Assembly: GCA_002189035.1 (NCBI GenBank)
Contig: NEEC01000139.1
Span: forward strand, 1 to 21,373
DNA from: Utricularia gibba
Taxonomy: Eukaryota > Plantae > Magnoliophyta
Reading direction: 5' to 3'
Length of the DNA: 21,373 bases
A program made the translations under genes and the position numbers. Below are positions 7,497-20,333 of this stretch, one piece after another (within the stretch, counting starts at the first letter, position 1; each line of letters begins with the position of its first letter). Under the pieces are notes generated by a model, which was not told the DNA's origin, searched no databases, and saw only the letters and a list, made by a program, of their open reading frames with translations.

Positions 7497-8395
7497 ATAA
7501 TCATATGATATAGGTTTATTAAATTATAAATAATTGAAATACATTATTTATTAAACCGTAGGATAACTGTGAAAGCTTCTTTGACTTAATTATTACCATT
7601 TGATCCTCAGTTGTACTTTGGATGGAGTGTGTATTTTTACTTTAGTCAATTTAATTAGCATTCGATCCTTGGTTATGATTCAGATCATATTTGCTATTTT
7701 TTTACTTTAAATATTTTTATTATCATTCGATCCTTAAGTATAATGCGGATCGAGCGCGTATTTTTTATTTTAATATTTTTTATTAGCATTCGAACGTTAG
7801 GTATGCTGCGGATCGAGCGTATATTTTTCACTCTCATATTTTTATTAGCCTTAGATCCTTAGGTATACTTTGGATCGAGTGCATATTCATTTATTTTAAA
7901 TCTTAATTAGCGTTCCACCGTTAGGAGCAATTTAGAACGTGTATACATTACAATGCCATGCCACACGGGCGTGGTTTACGCACAACCCACGCCCGTGTGC
8001 CCTTGCAATGTAAACACGCTCCACATTGCTCCTAAGGATCGAGCGTTAACACAAGTTTCAAGTAAACCATCTCCACTCGATCCGAATCATGTCTAAAGAC
8101 CGAAAGCCAATAAAAATATTAAAATAAAAAATATACGCTCGATCCGCATCATATCTTAGAATCGAATGCAAATAGAATCGTTCAAATAAAAAATATACAC
8201 TCGATTGGAATCTTAACCAAGGATCGAATGCTAATTAAAATGATTAAAATAAAAATGCACACTCCATCCAAAGTATAACTAAGGGTCGAATGCTAATAAA
8301 ATTAAAAACTAAGAAACTTTCACATGTAGTATATGCTTTAATAACTAACGTATTTACATTATTTATATTTTAATAAACATATATCACATGATTAT
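7497..8395. mobile_element. Foldback element (copy 4)
   Basis: Same as 498-1394. Confidence 0.8.
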
Positions 8396-8412
8396 AAAAA
8401 TATTTTTTTTGT

Positions 8413-8643
8413 CATTGTAGAAAGCTCATCACGCCACGCACACCACCCTGGAGAGGTTTCAACAGCTGTTATGAACTCACAACCCCTTGCTCAGCAGATT
8501 CAGTAAAATTCTCTAACACTTGGGCTTCCAACGGATCATATCCCATATTCATTCATACGAAATTGTGCAAGAATAATGTGACTTTGAGTTTGAACTAGAT
8601 AGTAGGACGCTGATCGAAGAATGGCCCATCGAGTCTCTAAAAT
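8413..8643 (-). pseudogene. PIF/Harbinger transposase C-terminal fragment (copy 4)
   Basis: Same sequence as 1412-1642. Confidence 0.85.
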
Positions 8644-8665
8644 TGGCCGTCCTCGCTCAACAAAT

Positions 8666-9521
8666 GTGGGGTGCACGTGACATCCCAATTTCAACAAATG
8701 CATCATGATTTTCGTCGAGTGGGCCCATGAGCCCGTCCGAACCCGGGGCCCGGGCCAAGGGCCCCTCGAGAGCGCCCGCCTCAATACGAGGAGGTGTTCC
8801 TTCAAAAACCATATACGCGTCTCGTCACAACCCAACGTTAATAAATGCATCACTTTTTTTGGCGCGCTACTGCTGACTTTGGGCCTGAGTTCGGCACGAC
8901 CTCCGGCTCGATCAGGGTGCCCCACCGAGAGCTCCTCCTTAAGTATAAAGTGTGTTGTTGAAAAAAACCGTGTGCGGTTCTCGTGACATCCTAACTTCAA
9001 CAAATGCATCACGATTTTCGTCGAGTCGGACGGGACCGGGCTCCCGGGGCCCGGACGAGGCGCAGCGCCCGCTCCCCTCCCCCCCAAAACTAGAAGGTGT
9101 TCCATGGAAAACCATTTAGGCGGCTCGTGACAACCCAAAGTTAATAAATGCATCACTTTCTTTGCCGGGCTACAATGACTTTACGCTCGAGCCTGGTACG
9201 ACGTATGGGAAGATTCGAGTGCCCCCCGAGAGCGTCTCCACAAGTATAAAGCGTGTTGTTGAAAAAACCGTGTTGGGTGCACGTGACATCCTAATTTCAA
9301 CAAATGTGTCACGATTTTCGCCGAGTGGGACCAGAGTGGGCTCATCAGCCAGACCGAACCCGGGGCCCAAGCCAAGGGCCCCTCGAGAGCGCCCCCCCAC
9401 AAAACTAGATGGTGTTCCACGAAAAAAAATTAGGCGGCTCGTGATAACCCAACGCTAAGAAATGCATCCCTTTTTTCGCCGGGCTAAAACTGACTTTGGG
9501 CTCATGCCCGGCGCGACCCCC
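8666..9521. repeat. GC-rich 150/300-bp sub-repeat block (copy 4)
   Basis: Same as 1665-2518. Confidence 0.93.
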
Positions 9522-9672
9522 AGCCCGTGTGCATACGCAGCAGCACCACGAGGCCACATGGGCTTGGTTAATGCCCGCGTGCTCGAGCAGCAGCCACAAG
9601 GCCATACGGCCGTGGAAAAAAAGAAAAACAACCATAAAATACAATAAGCCAAAAATAAAAAATAAAATTGAT

Positions 9673-9829
9673 AAACCCTTGGTTCGGTTCGGGCCCAATC
9701 AAAACCCGTAGGGTTTAACCCGTTCGGGTTGAACAGAAAGACAACCCCATGGGTCATGCAAACTGTAATACCCAGAATTTCATCGGGTTGGGTCCGAACC
9801 TGAATGGATCCAACCCAGGCCCATCTCTA
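9673..9829 (-). mobile_element. Probable solo hAT terminus (copy 5)
   Basis: Same as 338-494. Confidence 0.6.
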
Positions 9830-9832
9830 ATC

Positions 9833-10731
9833 ATAATCATATGATATAGGTTTATTAAATTATAAATAATTGAAATACATTATTTATTAAACCGTAGGAT
9901 AACTGTGAAAGCTTCTTTGACTTAATTATTACCATTTGATCCTCAGTTGTACTTTGGATGGAGTGTGTATTTTTACTTTAGTCAATTTAATTAGCATTCG
10001 ATCCTTGGTTATGATTCAGATCATATTTGCTATTTTTTTACTTTAAATATTTTTATTATCATTCGATCCTTAAGTATAATGCGGATCGAGCGCGTATTTT
10101 TTATTTTAATATTTTTTATTAGCATTCGAACGTTAGGTATGCTGCGGATCGAGCGTATATTTTTCACTCTCATATTTTTATTAGCCTTAGATCCTTAGGT
10201 ATACTTTGGATCGAGTGCATATTCATTTATTTTAAATCTTAATTAGCGTTCCACCGTTAGGAGCAATTTAGAACGTGTATACATTACAATGCCATGCCAC
10301 ACGGGCGTGGTTTACGCACAACCCACGCCCGTGTGCCCTTGCAATGTAAACACGCTCCACATTGCTCCTAAGGATCGAGCGTTAACACAAGTTTCAAGTA
10401 AACCATCTCCACTCGATCCGAATCATGTCTAAAGACCGAAAGCCAATAAAAATATTAAAATAAAAAATATACGCTCGATCCGCATCATATCTTAGAATCG
10501 AATGCAAATAGAATCGTTCAAATAAAAAATATACACTCGATTGGAATCTTAACCAAGGATCGAATGCTAATTAAAATGATTAAAATAAAAATGCACACTC
10601 CATCCAAAGTATAACTAAGGGTCGAATGCTAATAAAATTAAAAACTAAGAAACTTTCACATGTAGTATATGCTTTAATAACTAACGTATTTACATTATTT
10701 ATATTTTAATAAACATATATCACATGATTAT
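9833..10731. mobile_element. Foldback element (copy 5)
   Basis: Same as 498-1394. Confidence 0.8.
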
Positions 10732-10748
10732 AAAAATATTTTTTTTGT

Positions 10749-10979
10749 CATTGTAGAAAGCTCATCACGCCACGCACACCACCCTGGAGAGGTTTCAACA
10801 GCTGTTATGAACTCACAACCCCTTGCTCAGCAGATTCAGTAAAATTCTCTAACACTTGGGCTTCCAACGGATCATATCCCATATTCATTCATACGAAATT
10901 GTGCAAGAATAATGTGACTTTGAGTTTGAACTAGATAGTAGGACGCTGATCGAAGAATGGCCCATCGAGTCTCTAAAAT
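10749..10979 (-). pseudogene. PIF/Harbinger transposase C-terminal fragment (copy 5)
   Basis: Same sequence as 1412-1642. Confidence 0.85.
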
Positions 10980-11001
10980 TGGCCGTCCTCGCTCAACAAA
11001 T

Positions 11002-11856
11002 GTGGGGTGCACGTGACATCCCAATTTCAACAAATGCATCATGATTTTCGTCGAGTGGGCCCATGAGCCCGTCCGAACCCGGGGCCCGGGCCAAGGGCCC
11101 CTCGAGAGCGCCCGCCTCAATACGAGGAGGTGTTCCTTCAAAAACCATATACGCGTCTCGTCACAACCCAACGTTAATAAATGCATCACTTTTTTTGGCG
11201 CGCTACTGCTGACTTTGGGCCTGAGTTCGGCACGACCTCCGGCTCGATCAGGGTGCCCCACCGAGAGCTCCTCCTTAAGTATAAAGTGTGTTGTTGAAAA
11301 AAACCGTGTGCGGTTCTCGTGACATCCTAACTTCAACAAATGCATCACGATTTTCGTCGAGTCGGACGGGACCGGGCTCCCGGGGCCCGGACGAGGCGCA
11401 GCGCCCGCTCCCCTCCCCCCAAAACTAGAAGGTGTTCCATGGAAAACCATTTAGGCGGCTCGTGACAACCCAAAGTTAATAAATGCATCACTTTCTTTGC
11501 CGGGCTACAATGACTTTACGCTCGAGCCTGGTACGACGTATGGGAAGATTCGAGTGCCCCCCGAGAGCGTCTCCACAAGTATAAAGCGTGTTGTTGAAAA
11601 AACCGTGTTGGGTGCACGTGACATCCTAATTTCAACAAATGTGTCACGATTTTCGCCGAGTGGGACCAGAGTGGGCTCATCAGCCAGACCGAACCCGGGG
11701 CCCAAGCCAAGGGCCCCTCGAGAGCGCCCCCCCACAAAACTAGATGGTGTTCCACGAAAAAAAATTAGGCGGCTCGTGATAACCCAACGCTAAGAAATGC
11801 ATCCCTTTTTTCGCCGGGCTAAAACTGACTTTGGGCTCATGCCCGGCGCGACCCCC
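11002..11856. repeat. GC-rich 150/300-bp sub-repeat block (copy 5)
   Basis: Same as 1665-2518. Confidence 0.93.
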
Positions 11857-12007
11857 AGCCCGTGTGCATACGCAGCAGCACCACGAGGCCACATGGGCTT
11901 GGTTAATGCCCGCGTGCTCGAGCAGCAGCCACAAGGCCATACGGCCGTGGAAAAAAAGAAAAACAACCATAAAATACAATAAGCCAAAAATAAAAAATAA
12001 AATTGAT

Positions 12008-12164
12008 AAACCCTTGGTTCGGTTCGGGCCCAATCAAAACCCGTAGGGTTTAACCCGTTCGGGTTGAACAGAAAGACAACCCCATGGGTCATGCAAACTG
12101 TAATACCCAGAATTTCATCGGGTTGGGTCCGAACCTGAATGGATCCAACCCAGGCCCATCTCTA
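12008..12164 (-). mobile_element. Probable solo hAT terminus (copy 6)
   Basis: Same as 338-494. Confidence 0.6.
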
Positions 12165-12167
12165 ATC

Positions 12168-13066
12168 ATAATCATATGATATAGGTTTATTAAATTATAA
12201 ATAATTGAAATACATTATTTATTAAACCGTAGGATAACTGTGAAAGCTTCTTTGACTTAATTATTACCATTTGATCCTCAGTTGTACTTTGGATGGAGTG
12301 TGTATTTTTACTTTAGTCAATTTAATTAGCATTCGATCCTTGGTTATGATTCAGATCATATTTGCTATTTTTTTACTTTAAATATTTTTATTATCATTCG
12401 ATCCTTAAGTATAATGCGGATCGAGCGCGTATTTTTTATTTTAATATTTTTTATTAGCATTCGAACGTTAGGTATGCTGCGGATCGAGCGTATATTTTTC
12501 ACTCTCATATTTTTATTAGCCTTAGATCCTTAGGTATACTTTGGATCGAGTGCATATTCATTTATTTTAAATCTTAATTAGCGTTCCACCGTTAGGAGCA
12601 ATTTAGAACGTGTATACATTACAATGCCATGCCACACGGGCGTGGTTTACGCACAACCCACGCCCGTGTGCCCTTGCAATGTAAACACGCTCCACATTGC
12701 TCCTAAGGATCGAGCGTTAACACAAGTTTCAAGTAAACCATCTCCACTCGATCCGAATCATGTCTAAAGACCGAAAGCCAATAAAAATATTAAAATAAAA
12801 AATATACGCTCGATCCGCATCATATCTTAGAATCGAATGCAAATAGAATCGTTCAAATAAAAAATATACACTCGATTGGAATCTTAACCAAGGATCGAAT
12901 GCTAATTAAAATGATTAAAATAAAAATGCACACTCCATCCAAAGTATAACTAAGGGTCGAATGCTAATAAAATTAAAAACTAAGAAACTTTCACATGTAG
13001 TATATGCTTTAATAACTAACGTATTTACATTATTTATATTTTAATAAACATATATCACATGATTAT
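12168..13066. mobile_element. Foldback element (copy 6)
   Basis: Same as 498-1394. Confidence 0.8.
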
Positions 13067-13083
13067 AAAAATATTTTTTTTGT

Positions 13084-13314
13084 CATTGTAGAAAGCTCAT
13101 CACGCCACGCACACCACCCTGGAGAGGTTTCAACAGCTGTTATGAACTCACAACCCCTTGCTCAGCAGATTCAGTAAAATTCTCTAACACTTGGGCTTCC
13201 AACGGATCATATCCCATATTCATTCATACGAAATTGTGCAAGAATAATGTGACTTTGAGTTTGAACTAGATAGTAGGACGCTGATCGAAGAATGGCCCAT
13301 CGAGTCTCTAAAAT
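13084..13314 (-). pseudogene. PIF/Harbinger transposase C-terminal fragment (copy 6)
   Basis: Same sequence as 1412-1642. Confidence 0.85.
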
Positions 13315-13336
13315 TGGCCGTCCTCGCTCAACAAAT

Positions 13337-14192
13337 GTGGGGTGCACGTGACATCCCAATTTCAACAAATGCATCATGATTTTCGTCGAGTGGGCCCATG
13401 AGCCCGTCCGAACCCGGGGCCCGGGCCAAGGGCCCCTCGAGAGCGCCCGCCTCAATACGAGGAGGTGTTCCTTCAAAAACCATATACGCGTCTCGTCACA
13501 ACCCAACGTTAATAAATGCATCACTTTTTTTGGCGCGCTACTGCTGACTTTGGGCCTGAGTTCGGCACGACCTCCGGCTCGATCAGGGTGCCCCACCGAG
13601 AGCTCCTCCTTAAGTATAAAGTGTGTTGTTGAAAAAAACCGTGTGCGGTTCTCGTGACATCCTAACTTCAACAAATGCATCACGATTTTCGTCGAGTCGG
13701 ACGGGACCGGGCTCCCGGGGCCCGGACGAGGCGCAGCGCCCGCTCCCCTCCCCCCCAAAACTAGAAGGTGTTCCATGGAAAACCATTTAGGCGGCTCGTG
13801 ACAACCCAAAGTTAATAAATGCATCACTTTCTTTGCCGGGCTACAATGACTTTACGCTCGAGCCTGGTACGACGTATGGGAAGATTCGAGTGCCCCCCGA
13901 GAGCGTCTCCACAAGTATAAAGCGTGTTGTTGAAAAAACCGTGTTGGGTGCACGTGACATCCTAATTTCAACAAATGTGTCACGATTTTCGCCGAGTGGG
14001 ACCAGAGTGGGCTCATCAGCCAGACCGAACCCGGGGCCCAAGCCAAGGGCCCCTCGAGAGCGCCCCCCCACAAAACTAGATGGTGTTCCACGAAAAAAAA
14101 TTAGGCGGCTCGTGATAACCCAACGCTAAGAAATGCATCCCTTTTTTCGCCGGGCTAAAACTGACTTTGGGCTCATGCCCGGCGCGACCCCC
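13337..14192. repeat. GC-rich 150/300-bp sub-repeat block (copy 6)
   Basis: Same as 1665-2518. Confidence 0.93.
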
Positions 14193-14343
14193 AGCCCGTG
14201 TGCATACGCAGCAGCACCACGAGGCCACATGGGCTTGGTTAATGCCCGCGTGCTCGAGCAGCAGCCACAAGGCCATACGGCCGTGGAAAAAAAGAAAAAC
14301 AACCATAAAATACAATAAGCCAAAAATAAAAAATAAAATTGAT

Positions 14344-14500
14344 AAACCCTTGGTTCGGTTCGGGCCCAATCAAAACCCGTAGGGTTTAACCCGTTCGGGT
14401 TGAACAGAAAGACAACCCCATGGGTCATGCAAACTGTAATACCCAGAATTTCATCGGGTTGGGTCCGAACCTGAATGGATCCAACCCAGGCCCATCTCTA
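14344..14500 (-). mobile_element. Probable solo hAT terminus (copy 7)
   Basis: Same as 338-494. Confidence 0.6.
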
Positions 14501-14503
14501 ATC

Positions 14504-15402
14504 ATAATCATATGATATAGGTTTATTAAATTATAAATAATTGAAATACATTATTTATTAAACCGTAGGATAACTGTGAAAGCTTCTTTGACTTAATTAT
14601 TACCATTTGATCCTCAGTTGTACTTTGGATGGAGTGTGTATTTTTACTTTAGTCAATTTAATTAGCATTCGATCCTTGGTTATGATTCAGATCATATTTG
14701 CTATTTTTTTACTTTAAATATTTTTATTATCATTCGATCCTTAAGTATAATGCGGATCGAGCGCGTATTTTTTATTTTAATATTTTTTATTAGCATTCGA
14801 ACGTTAGGTATGCTGCGGATCGAGCGTATATTTTTCACTCTCATATTTTTATTAGCCTTAGATCCTTAGGTATACTTTGGATCGAGTGCATATTCATTTA
14901 TTTTAAATCTTAATTAGCGTTCCACCGTTAGGAGCAATTTAGAACGTGTATACATTACAATGCCATGCCACACGGGCGTGGTTTACGCACAACCCACGCC
15001 CGTGTGCCCTTGCAATGTAAACACGCTCCACATTGCTCCTAAGGATCGAGCGTTAACACAAGTTTCAAGTAAACCATCTCCACTCGATCCGAATCATGTC
15101 TAAAGACCGAAAGCCAATAAAAATATTAAAATAAAAAATATACGCTCGATCCGCATCATATCTTAGAATCGAATGCAAATAGAATCGTTCAAATAAAAAA
15201 TATACACTCGATTGGAATCTTAACCAAGGATCGAATGCTAATTAAAATGATTAAAATAAAAATGCACACTCCATCCAAAGTATAACTAAGGGTCGAATGC
15301 TAATAAAATTAAAAACTAAGAAACTTTCACATGTAGTATATGCTTTAATAACTAACGTATTTACATTATTTATATTTTAATAAACATATATCACATGATT
15401 AT
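14504..15402. mobile_element. Foldback element (copy 7)
   Basis: Same as 498-1394. Confidence 0.8.
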
Positions 15403-15419
15403 AAAAATATTTTTTTTGT

Positions 15420-15650
15420 CATTGTAGAAAGCTCATCACGCCACGCACACCACCCTGGAGAGGTTTCAACAGCTGTTATGAACTCACAACCCCTTGCTCA
15501 GCAGATTCAGTAAAATTCTCTAACACTTGGGCTTCCAACGGATCATATCCCATATTCATTCATACGAAATTGTGCAAGAATAATGTGACTTTGAGTTTGA
15601 ACTAGATAGTAGGACGCTGATCGAAGAATGGCCCATCGAGTCTCTAAAAT
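15420..15650 (-). pseudogene. PIF/Harbinger transposase C-terminal fragment (copy 7)
   Basis: Same sequence as 1412-1642. Confidence 0.85.
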
Positions 15651-15672
15651 TGGCCGTCCTCGCTCAACAAAT

Positions 15673-16526
15673 GTGGGGTGCACGTGACATCCCAATTTCA
15701 ACAAATGCATCATGATTTTCGTCGAGTGGGCCCATGAGCCCGTCCGAACCCGGGGCCCGGGCCAAGGGCCCCTCGAGAGCGCCCGCCTCAATACGAGGAG
15801 GTGTTCCTTCAAAAACCATATACGCGTCTCGTCACAACCCAACGTTAATAAATGCATCACTTTTTTTGGCGCGCTACTGCTGACTTTGGGCCTGAGTTCG
15901 GCACGACCTCCGGCCGATCAGGGTGCCCCACCGAGAGCTCCTCCTTAAGTATAAAGTGTGTTGTTGAAAAAAACCGTGTGCGGTTCTCGTGACATCCTAA
16001 CTTCAACAAATGCATCACGATTTTCGTCGAGTCGGACGGGACCGGGCTCCCGGGGCCCGGACGAGGCGCAGCGCCCGCTCCCTCCCCCCCAAAACTAGAA
16101 GGTGTTCCATGGAAAACCATTTAGGCGGCTCGTGACAACCCAAAGTTAATAAATGCATCACTTTCTTTGCCGGGCTACAATGACTTTACGCTCGAGCCTG
16201 GTACGACGTATGGGAAGATTCGAGTGCCCCCCGAGAGCGTCTCCACAAGTATAAAGCGTGTTGTTGAAAAAACCGTGTTGGGTGCACGTGACATCCTAAT
16301 TTCAACAAATGTGTCACGATTTTCGCCGAGTGGGACCAGAGTGGGCTCATCAGCCAGACCGAACCCGGGGCCCAAGCCAAGGGCCCCTCGAGAGCGCCCC
16401 CCCACAAAACTAGATGGTGTTCCACGAAAAAAAATTAGGCGGCTCGTGATAACCCAACGCTAAGAAATGCATCCCTTTTTTCGCCGGGCTAAAACTGACT
16501 TTGGGCTCATGCCCGGCGCGACCCCC
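15673..16526. repeat. GC-rich 150/300-bp sub-repeat block (copy 7)
   Basis: Same as 1665-2518. Confidence 0.93.
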
Positions 16527-16677
16527 AGCCCGTGTGCATACGCAGCAGCACCACGAGGCCACATGGGCTTGGTTAATGCCCGCGTGCTCGAGCAGCAGCC
16601 ACAAGGCCATACGGCCGTGGAAAAAAAGAAAAACAACCATAAAATACAATAAGCCAAAAATAAAAAATAAAATTGAT

Positions 16678-16834
16678 AAACCCTTGGTTCGGTTCGGGCC
16701 CAATCAAAACCCGTAGGGTTTAACCCGTTCGGGTTGAACAGAAAGACAACCCCATGGGTCATGCAAACTGTAATACCCAGAATTTCATCGGGTTGGGTCC
16801 GAACCTGAATGGATCCAACCCAGGCCCATCTCTA
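16678..16834 (-). mobile_element. Probable solo hAT terminus (copy 8)
   Basis: Same as 338-494. Confidence 0.6.
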
Positions 16835-16837
16835 ATC

Positions 16838-17735
16838 ATAATCATATGATATAGGTTTATTAAATTATAAATAATTGAAATACATTATTTATTAAACCGT
16901 AGGATAACTGTGAAAGCTTCTTTGACTTAATTATTACCATTTGATCCTCAGTTGTACTTTGGATGGAGTGTGTATTTTTACTTTAGTCAATTTAATTAGC
17001 ATTCGATCCTTGGTTATGATTCAGATCATATTTGCTATTTTTTTACTTTAAATATTTTTATTATCATTCGATCCTTAAGTATAATGCGGATCGAGCGCGT
17101 ATTTTTTATTTTAATATTTTTATTAGCATTCGAACGTTAGGTATGCTGCGGATCGAGCGTATATTTTTCACTCTCATATTTTTATTAGCCTTAGATCCTT
17201 AGGTATACTTTGGATCGAGTGCATATTCATTTATTTTAAATCTTAATTAGCGTTCCACCGTTAGGAGCAATTTAGAACGTGTATACATTACAATGCCATG
17301 CCACACGGGCGTGGTTTACGCACAACCCACGCCCGTGTGCCCTTGCAATGTAAACACGCTCCACATTGCTCCTAAGGATCGAGCGTTAACACAAGTTTCA
17401 AGTAAACCATCTCCACTCGATCCGAATCATGTCTAAAGACCGAAAGCCAATAAAAATATTAAAATAAAAAATATACGCTCGATCCGCATCATATCTTAGA
17501 ATCGAATGCAAATAGAATCGTTCAAATAAAAAATATACACTCGATTGGAATCTTAACCAAGGATCGAATGCTAATTAAAATGATTAAAATAAAAATGCAC
17601 ACTCCATCCAAAGTATAACTAAGGGTCGAATGCTAATAAAATTAAAAACTAAGAAACTTTCACATGTAGTATATGCTTTAATAACTAACGTATTTACATT
17701 ATTTATATTTTAATAAACATATATCACATGATTAT
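16838..17735. mobile_element. Foldback element (copy 8)
   Basis: Same as 498-1394. Confidence 0.8.
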
Positions 17736-17752
17736 AAAAATATTTTTTTTGT

Positions 17753-17983
17753 CATTGTAGAAAGCTCATCACGCCACGCACACCACCCTGGAGAGGTTTC
17801 AACAGCTGTTATGAACTCACAACCCCTTGCTCAGCAGATTCAGTAAAATTCTCTAACACTTGGGCTTCCAACGGATCATATCCCATATTCATTCATACGA
17901 AATTGTGCAAGAATAATGTGACTTTGAGTTTGAACTAGATAGTAGGACGCTGATCGAAGAATGGCCCATCGAGTCTCTAAAAT
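17753..17983 (-). pseudogene. PIF/Harbinger transposase C-terminal fragment (copy 8)
   Basis: Same sequence as 1412-1642. Confidence 0.85.
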
Positions 17984-18005
17984 TGGCCGTCCTCGCTCAA
18001 CAAAT

Positions 18006-18856
18006 GTGGGGTGCACGTGACATCCCAATTTCAACAAATGCATCATGATTTTCGTCGAGTGGGCCCATGAGCCCGTCCGAACCCGGGGCCCGGGCCAAGG
18101 GCCCCTCGAGAGCGCCCGCCTCAATACGAGGAGGTGTTCCTTCAAAAACCATATACGCGTCTCGTCACAACCCAACGTTAATAAATGCATCACTTTTTTT
18201 GGCGCGCTACTGCTGACTTTGGGCCTGAGTTCGGCACGACCTCCGGCTCGATCAGGGTGCCCCCGAGAGCTCCTCCTTAAGTATAAAGTGTGTTGTTGAA
18301 AAAAACCGTGTGCGGTTCTCGTGACATCCTAACTTCAACAAATGCATCACGATTTTCGTCGAGTCGGACGGGACCGGGCTCCCGGGGCCCGGACGAGGCG
18401 CAGCGCCCGCTCCCCTCCCCCCAAAACTAGAAGGTGTTCCATGGAAAACCATTTAGGCGGCTCGTGACAACCCAAAGTTAATAAATGCATCACTTTCTTT
18501 GCCGGGCTACAATGACTTTACGCTCGAGCCTGGTACGACGTATGGGAAGATTCGAGTGCCCCCCGAGAGCGTCTCCACAAGTATAAAGCGTGTTGTTGAA
18601 AAAACCGTGTTGGGTGCACGTGACATCCTAATTTCAACAAATGTGTCACGATTTTCGCCGAGTGGGACCAGAGTGGGCTCATCAGCCAGACCGAACCCGG
18701 GCCCAAGCCAAGGGCCCCTCGAGAGCGCCCCCCACAAAACTAGATGGTGTTCCACGAAAAAAAATTAGGCGGCTCGTGATAACCCAACGCTAAGAAATGC
18801 ATCCCTTTTTTCGCCGGGCTAAAACTGACTTTGGGCTCATGCCCGGCGCGACCCCC
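18006..18856. repeat. GC-rich 150/300-bp sub-repeat block (copy 8)
   Basis: Same as 1665-2518. Confidence 0.93.
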
Positions 18857-19007
18857 AGCCCGTGTGCATACGCAGCAGCACCACGAGGCCACATGGGCTT
18901 GGTTAATGCCCGCGTGCTCGAGCAGCAGCCACAAGGCCATACGGCCGTGGAAAAAAAGAAAAACAACCATAAAATACAATAAGCCAAAAATAAAAAATAA
19001 AATTGAT

Positions 19008-19164
19008 AAACCCTTGGTTCGGTTCGGGCCCAATCAAAACCCGTAGGGTTTAACCCGTTCGGGTTGAACAGAAAGACAACCCCATGGGTCATGCAAACTG
19101 TAATACCCAGAATTTCATCGGGTTGGGTCCGAACCTGAATGGATCCAACCCAGGCCCATCTCTA
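19008..19164 (-). mobile_element. Probable solo hAT terminus (copy 9)
   Basis: Same as 338-494. Confidence 0.6.
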
Positions 19165-19167
19165 ATC

Positions 19168-20064
19168 ATAATCATATGATATAGGTTTATTAAATTATAA
19201 ATAATTGAAATACATTATTTATTAAACCGTAGGATAACTGTGAAAGCTTCTTTGACTTAATTATTACCATTTGATCCTCAGTTGTACTTTGGATGGAGTG
19301 TGTATTTTTACTTTAGTCAATTTAATTAGCATTCGATCCTTGGTTATGATTCAGATCATATTTGCTATTTTTTTACTTTAAATATTTTTATTATCATTCG
19401 ATCCTTAAGTATAATGCGGATCGAGCGCGTATTTTTTTATTTTAATATTTTTTATTAGCATTCGAACGTTAGGTATGCTGCGGATCGAGCGTATATTTTT
19501 CACTCTCATATTTTTATTAGCCTTAGATCCTTAGGTATACTTTGGATCGAGTGCATATTCATTTATTTTAAATCTTAATTAGCGTTCCACCGTTAGGAGC
19601 AATTTAGAACGTGTATACATTACAATGCCATGCCACACGGGCGTGGTTTACGCACAACCCACGCCCGTGTGCCCTTGCAATGTAAACACGCTCCACATTG
19701 CTCCTAAGGATCGAGCGTTAACACAAGTTTCAAGTAAACCATCTCCACTCGATCCGATCATGTCTAAAGACCGAAAGCCAATAAAATATTAAAATAAAAA
19801 ATATACGCTCGATCCGCATCATATCTTAGAATCGAATGCAAATAGAATCGTTCAAATAAAAATATACACTCGATTGGAATCTTAACCAAGGATCGAATGC
19901 TAATTAAAATGATTAAAATAAAAATGCACACTCCATCCAAAGTATAACTAAGGGTCGAATGCTAATAAAATTAAAAACTAAGAAACTTTCACATGTAGTA
20001 TATGCTTTAATAACTAACGTATTTACATTATTTATATTTTAATAAACGTATATCACATGATTAT
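19168..20064. mobile_element. Foldback element (copy 9)
   Basis: Same as 498-1394, with a few 1-nt deletions and an A>G at 20048. Confidence 0.8.
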
Positions 20065-20080
20065 AAAAATATTTTTTTGT

Positions 20081-20311
20081 CATTGTAGAAAGGTCATCAC
20101 GCCACGTACACCACCCTGGAGAGGTTTCAACAGCTGTTATGAACTCACAACCCCTTGCTCAGCAGATTCAGTAAAATTCTCTAACACTTGGGCTTCCAAC
20201 GGATCATATCCCATATTCATTCATACGAAATTGTGCAAGAATAATGTGACTTTGAGTTTGAACTAGATAGTAGGACGCTGATCGAAGAATGGCCCATCGA
20301 GTCTCTAAAAT
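20081..20311 (-). pseudogene. PIF/Harbinger transposase C-terminal fragment (copy 9, variant)
   Basis: As 1412-1642 but with C>G at 20093 and C>T at 20107, giving WCTWRDDLS instead of WCAWRDELS. Confidence 0.85.
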
Positions 20312-20333
20312 TGGCCGTCCTCGCTCAACAAAT

